Source: a virus
Taxonomy: Duplodnaviria > Heunggongvirae > Uroviricota > Caudoviricetes
Reading direction: 5' to 3' (one strand)
Virus record (IMG/VR): IMGVR_UViG_2541047830_000013
Length of the DNA: 38,621 nt
The position numbers and the translations under genes were made by a program. The notes beneath the pieces are model-generated. The model worked only from the letters and a program-made list of their open reading frames with translations, was not told the origin of the DNA and ran no database searches. Below, piece after piece: positions 36,464-38,621 of this stretch; position 1 is the first letter of the stretch; the number at the start of each line of letters is the position of its first letter.

Positions 36464-37357
36464 ATGAAAAATATAATTTTTTCTATAGGTGCATCATTTA
36501 TATCAATTAGTGTACTGCCTGTTCACGCAGCAACTGAACATAAGAACTTCAATGCAGTACTCCAGTGCCGAGCAATAGAAAATAATAAAGACAGACTTTC
36601 TTGTTACGATAAGTCAATACAACCGACTCGAACGAAAGTTGCTGAAAAATTCGAAAGCAGAGATCAATGCCCTGATGAGAAAGATGATGATAGACGTTTA
36701 TCTTGTTATGATCGTTTCTTTTCTCCAACATTTACTCCATCTGTAAACTCAAAATCTAAAACGGAAAAGCCAGTAACAACAGAGGCTCAGCAACCAAATC
36801 TTTCTGAGATATCTAAATGTCGTGCAGAAAATGATAAAGAAGCTAGACTAAACTGCTACGATAAACTATTCCCACAGGATAAAATCGTTCAAGCTGAATC
36901 AAAATTAGAGAAAGCCACAGATGTAGGAAAATGGCACACATCCATTACTACATCGCCAATTGATGATTCGAAAAATGTAATTTTATCGTTAGAAAGTGAT
37001 GATTATATCAGAACTCCATTTGGAGAAGCGGTTACTCCTACTCTTTTTATAGCTTGCCGAGAAAAGAAAACCGAAGTATTTCTTAGTTGGGATGTATATT
37101 TAGGCCTTGAACAAACCAGCATGCTTTATCGCCTTGATAAACAGAAAGCAGTTGAGCGAAACTGGCTAGTATCTACAGATACAAAGGCTGTTTTTTATAA
37201 AGGTAATGACATTGATTTCATCCGAAAACTAGCCAACTCAAGCAAAATGTATACAAAAATAACGCCTTATAATGAGAGCCCCGTAAGTGCAACTTTCAAT
37301 TTAAACGGCCTGTCAAACGCGCTAAAACCGCTTCAAGCTGCTTGTAACTGGAAATAG
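36464..37357 (+). CDS. Secreted protein with three Cys-containing repeats plus a C-terminal domain (297 aa)
   Basis: Signal peptide ending VHA-A; three repeats of the form C-x8-RLSCYD-x-F/I (QCRAIENNKDRLSCYDK, QCPDEKDDDRRLSCYDR, KCRAENDKEARLNCYDK); 5 nt after the upstream gene. Confidence 0.6.
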   Translation: MKNIIFSIGASFISISVLPVHAATEHKNFNAVLQCRAIENNKDRLSCYDKSIQPTRTKVAEKFESRDQCPDEKDDDRRLSCYDRFFSPTFTPSVNSKSKTEKPVTTEAQQPNLSEISKCRAENDKEARLNCYDKLFPQDKIVQAESKLEKATDVGKWHTSITTSPIDDSKNVILSLESDDYIRTPFGEAVTPTLFIACREKKTEVFLSWDVYLGLEQTSMLYRLDKQKAVERNWLVSTDTKAVFYKGNDIDFIRKLANSSKMYTKITPYNESPVSATFNLNGLSNALKPLQAACNWK

Positions 37358-37385
37358 TATTAAATCATGTGGCTTAGCCACAATC

Positions 37386-37429
37386 ACAGATAACACAAAG
37401 CCCGTGAAAACGGGCTTTGTGTTATCTGT
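37386..37429. other. Perfect 19-bp stem hairpin (6-nt loop) between last cargo gene and attR
   Basis: acagataacacaaagcccg-tgaaaa-cgggctttgtgttatctgt read directly; a smaller hairpin tgtggc-tta-gccaca precedes it at 37369-37383. Confidence 0.5.
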
Positions 37430-37440
37430 AACTCGAAAAT

Positions 37441-37459
37441 GTGGTCACTGCGTGGACAC
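37441..37459. repeat. attR core, right copy of the 19-bp direct repeat
   Basis: gtggtcactgcgtggacac; single mismatch to 11-29; marks the phage/host junction. Confidence 0.6.
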
Positions 37460-37625
37460 GCGCTGACATAAATCCTTTTACATCAATAAATTAAGTCATC
37501 ATTTTTTTCATCAACAAGGATTTTCACGTTTGTGTTACCTGTATGAGACGAGAGTTAACCAGACAAGTGTGCCATAATCTCGCGGCCAGGCATACTTGCG
37601 AAGATTTCAGGTATAAGGATACGTA

Positions 37626-38621
37626 ATGATACAACCTATTTCCGGCCCTCCTCCTGGGCAACCACCAGGCCAGGGAGATAACCTGCCGTCTGGCGCGGGC
37701 AATCAGCCTTTATCCAGTCAGCAACGTACTTCGCTGGAAAGCTTAATGACGAAAGTGACCTCACTGACGCAACAACAAAGAGCAGAACTGTGGGCGGGTA
37801 TCAGGCACGATATTGGTCTGTCGGGAGATTCACCGCTGCTTTCGCGTCACTTCCCTGCCGCTGAGCACAATCTGGCGCAACGTCTGCTGGCCGCGCAAAA
37901 AAGCCATTCTGCCCGCCAGCTTTTAGCGCAATTAGGGGAGTATTTACGTCTGGGGAATAATCGTCAGGCGGTCACGGATTATATCCGTCATAACTTTGGT
38001 CAGACGCCGCTGAATCAGCTCTCACCGGAGCAATTAAAGACCATTCTCACCCTGTTGCAGGAAGGGAAGATGGTTATTCCGCAACCTCAGCAGCGCGAGG
38101 CGACCGACCGTCCGTTATTACCGGCGGAGCACAATGCGCTCAAACAGCTGGTGACCAAACTTGCGGCGGCAACGGGAGAACCCAGCAAGCAGATCTGGCA
38201 ATCGATGCTGGAACTTTCCGGGGTGAAAGATGGCGAGTTAATTCCAGCGAAACTGTTTAACCATCTGGTGACCTGGCTACAGGCGCGTCAGACGCTAAGC
38301 CAGCAAAATACGCCGACGCTGGAATCACTCCAGATGGCGCTAAAACAACCTTTAGATGCCAGTGAACTGGCGGCGTTATCGGCATATATCCAGCAAAAAT
38401 ATGGCCTTTCTGCGCAATCATCGCTTTCTTCTGCCCAGGCCGAGGATATTCTTAATCAGCTTTATCAACGGCGGGTTAAAGGGATTGAGCCGCGTGATAT
38501 GCAACCGCTGCTTAATCCTTTTCCACCGATGATGGACACGTTGCAAAATATGGCAACGCGTCCCGCGCTGTGGATACTGTTAGTCGCGATTATCCTGATG
38601 CTGGTCTGGCTGGTTCGTTAG
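37626..38621 (+). CDS. flk: Host gene, probable Flk (flagellar regulator, C-terminal membrane anchor)
   Basis: N-terminus MIQPISGPPPGQPPGQG and hydrophobic C-terminal tail ALWILLVAIILMLVWLV match my recollection of enterobacterial Flk; typical host GC content; outside the att repeat. Confidence 0.55.
   Translation: MIQPISGPPPGQPPGQGDNLPSGAGNQPLSSQQRTSLESLMTKVTSLTQQQRAELWAGIRHDIGLSGDSPLLSRHFPAAEHNLAQRLLAAQKSHSARQLLAQLGEYLRLGNNRQAVTDYIRHNFGQTPLNQLSPEQLKTILTLLQEGKMVIPQPQQREATDRPLLPAEHNALKQLVTKLAAATGEPSKQIWQSMLELSGVKDGELIPAKLFNHLVTWLQARQTLSQQNTPTLESLQMALKQPLDASELAALSAYIQQKYGLSAQSSLSSAQAEDILNQLYQRRVKGIEPRDMQPLLNPFPPMMDTLQNMATRPALWILLVAIILMLVWLVR

Overview
The window is almost entirely one integrated P2-like temperate myophage (about 37.4 kb), bounded by a 19-bp direct repeat (11-29 and 37441-37459, one mismatch) and followed by a host gene I believe is flk. 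Backbone, left to right: integrase (-), C-type repressor (-), cox and small early genes (+), rolling-circle replication gene A (+), the terminase/portal pair P-Q (-), capsid genes O-N-M-L (+), a lysis cassette, and tail genes R-S-V-W-J-I-H-G (+). The sheath/tube/chaperone/tape-measure/U block (FI-FII-E/E'-T-U) lies on the minus strand, inverted relative to canonical P2, and is followed by D (+) and ogr (+). Four AT-rich accessory insertions carry the candidate undescribed systems: (1) between gene A and the cos-proximal region, a ParM/ParR-like pair plus a minus-strand two-gene membrane-protein cassette whose first gene is split by a complete IS903 copy with a perfect 9-bp target duplication; (2) between D and ogr, a single 389-aa gene with a DUF3800-like N-terminal DESG motif; (3) downstream of ogr, a hok-like type I toxin locus; (4) between that and attR, a zinc-ribbon membrane protein paired with a secreted Cys-repeat protein. 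No tRNA, rRNA or CRISPR array was seen. All similarity calls are from recall of protein families, not from database searches.
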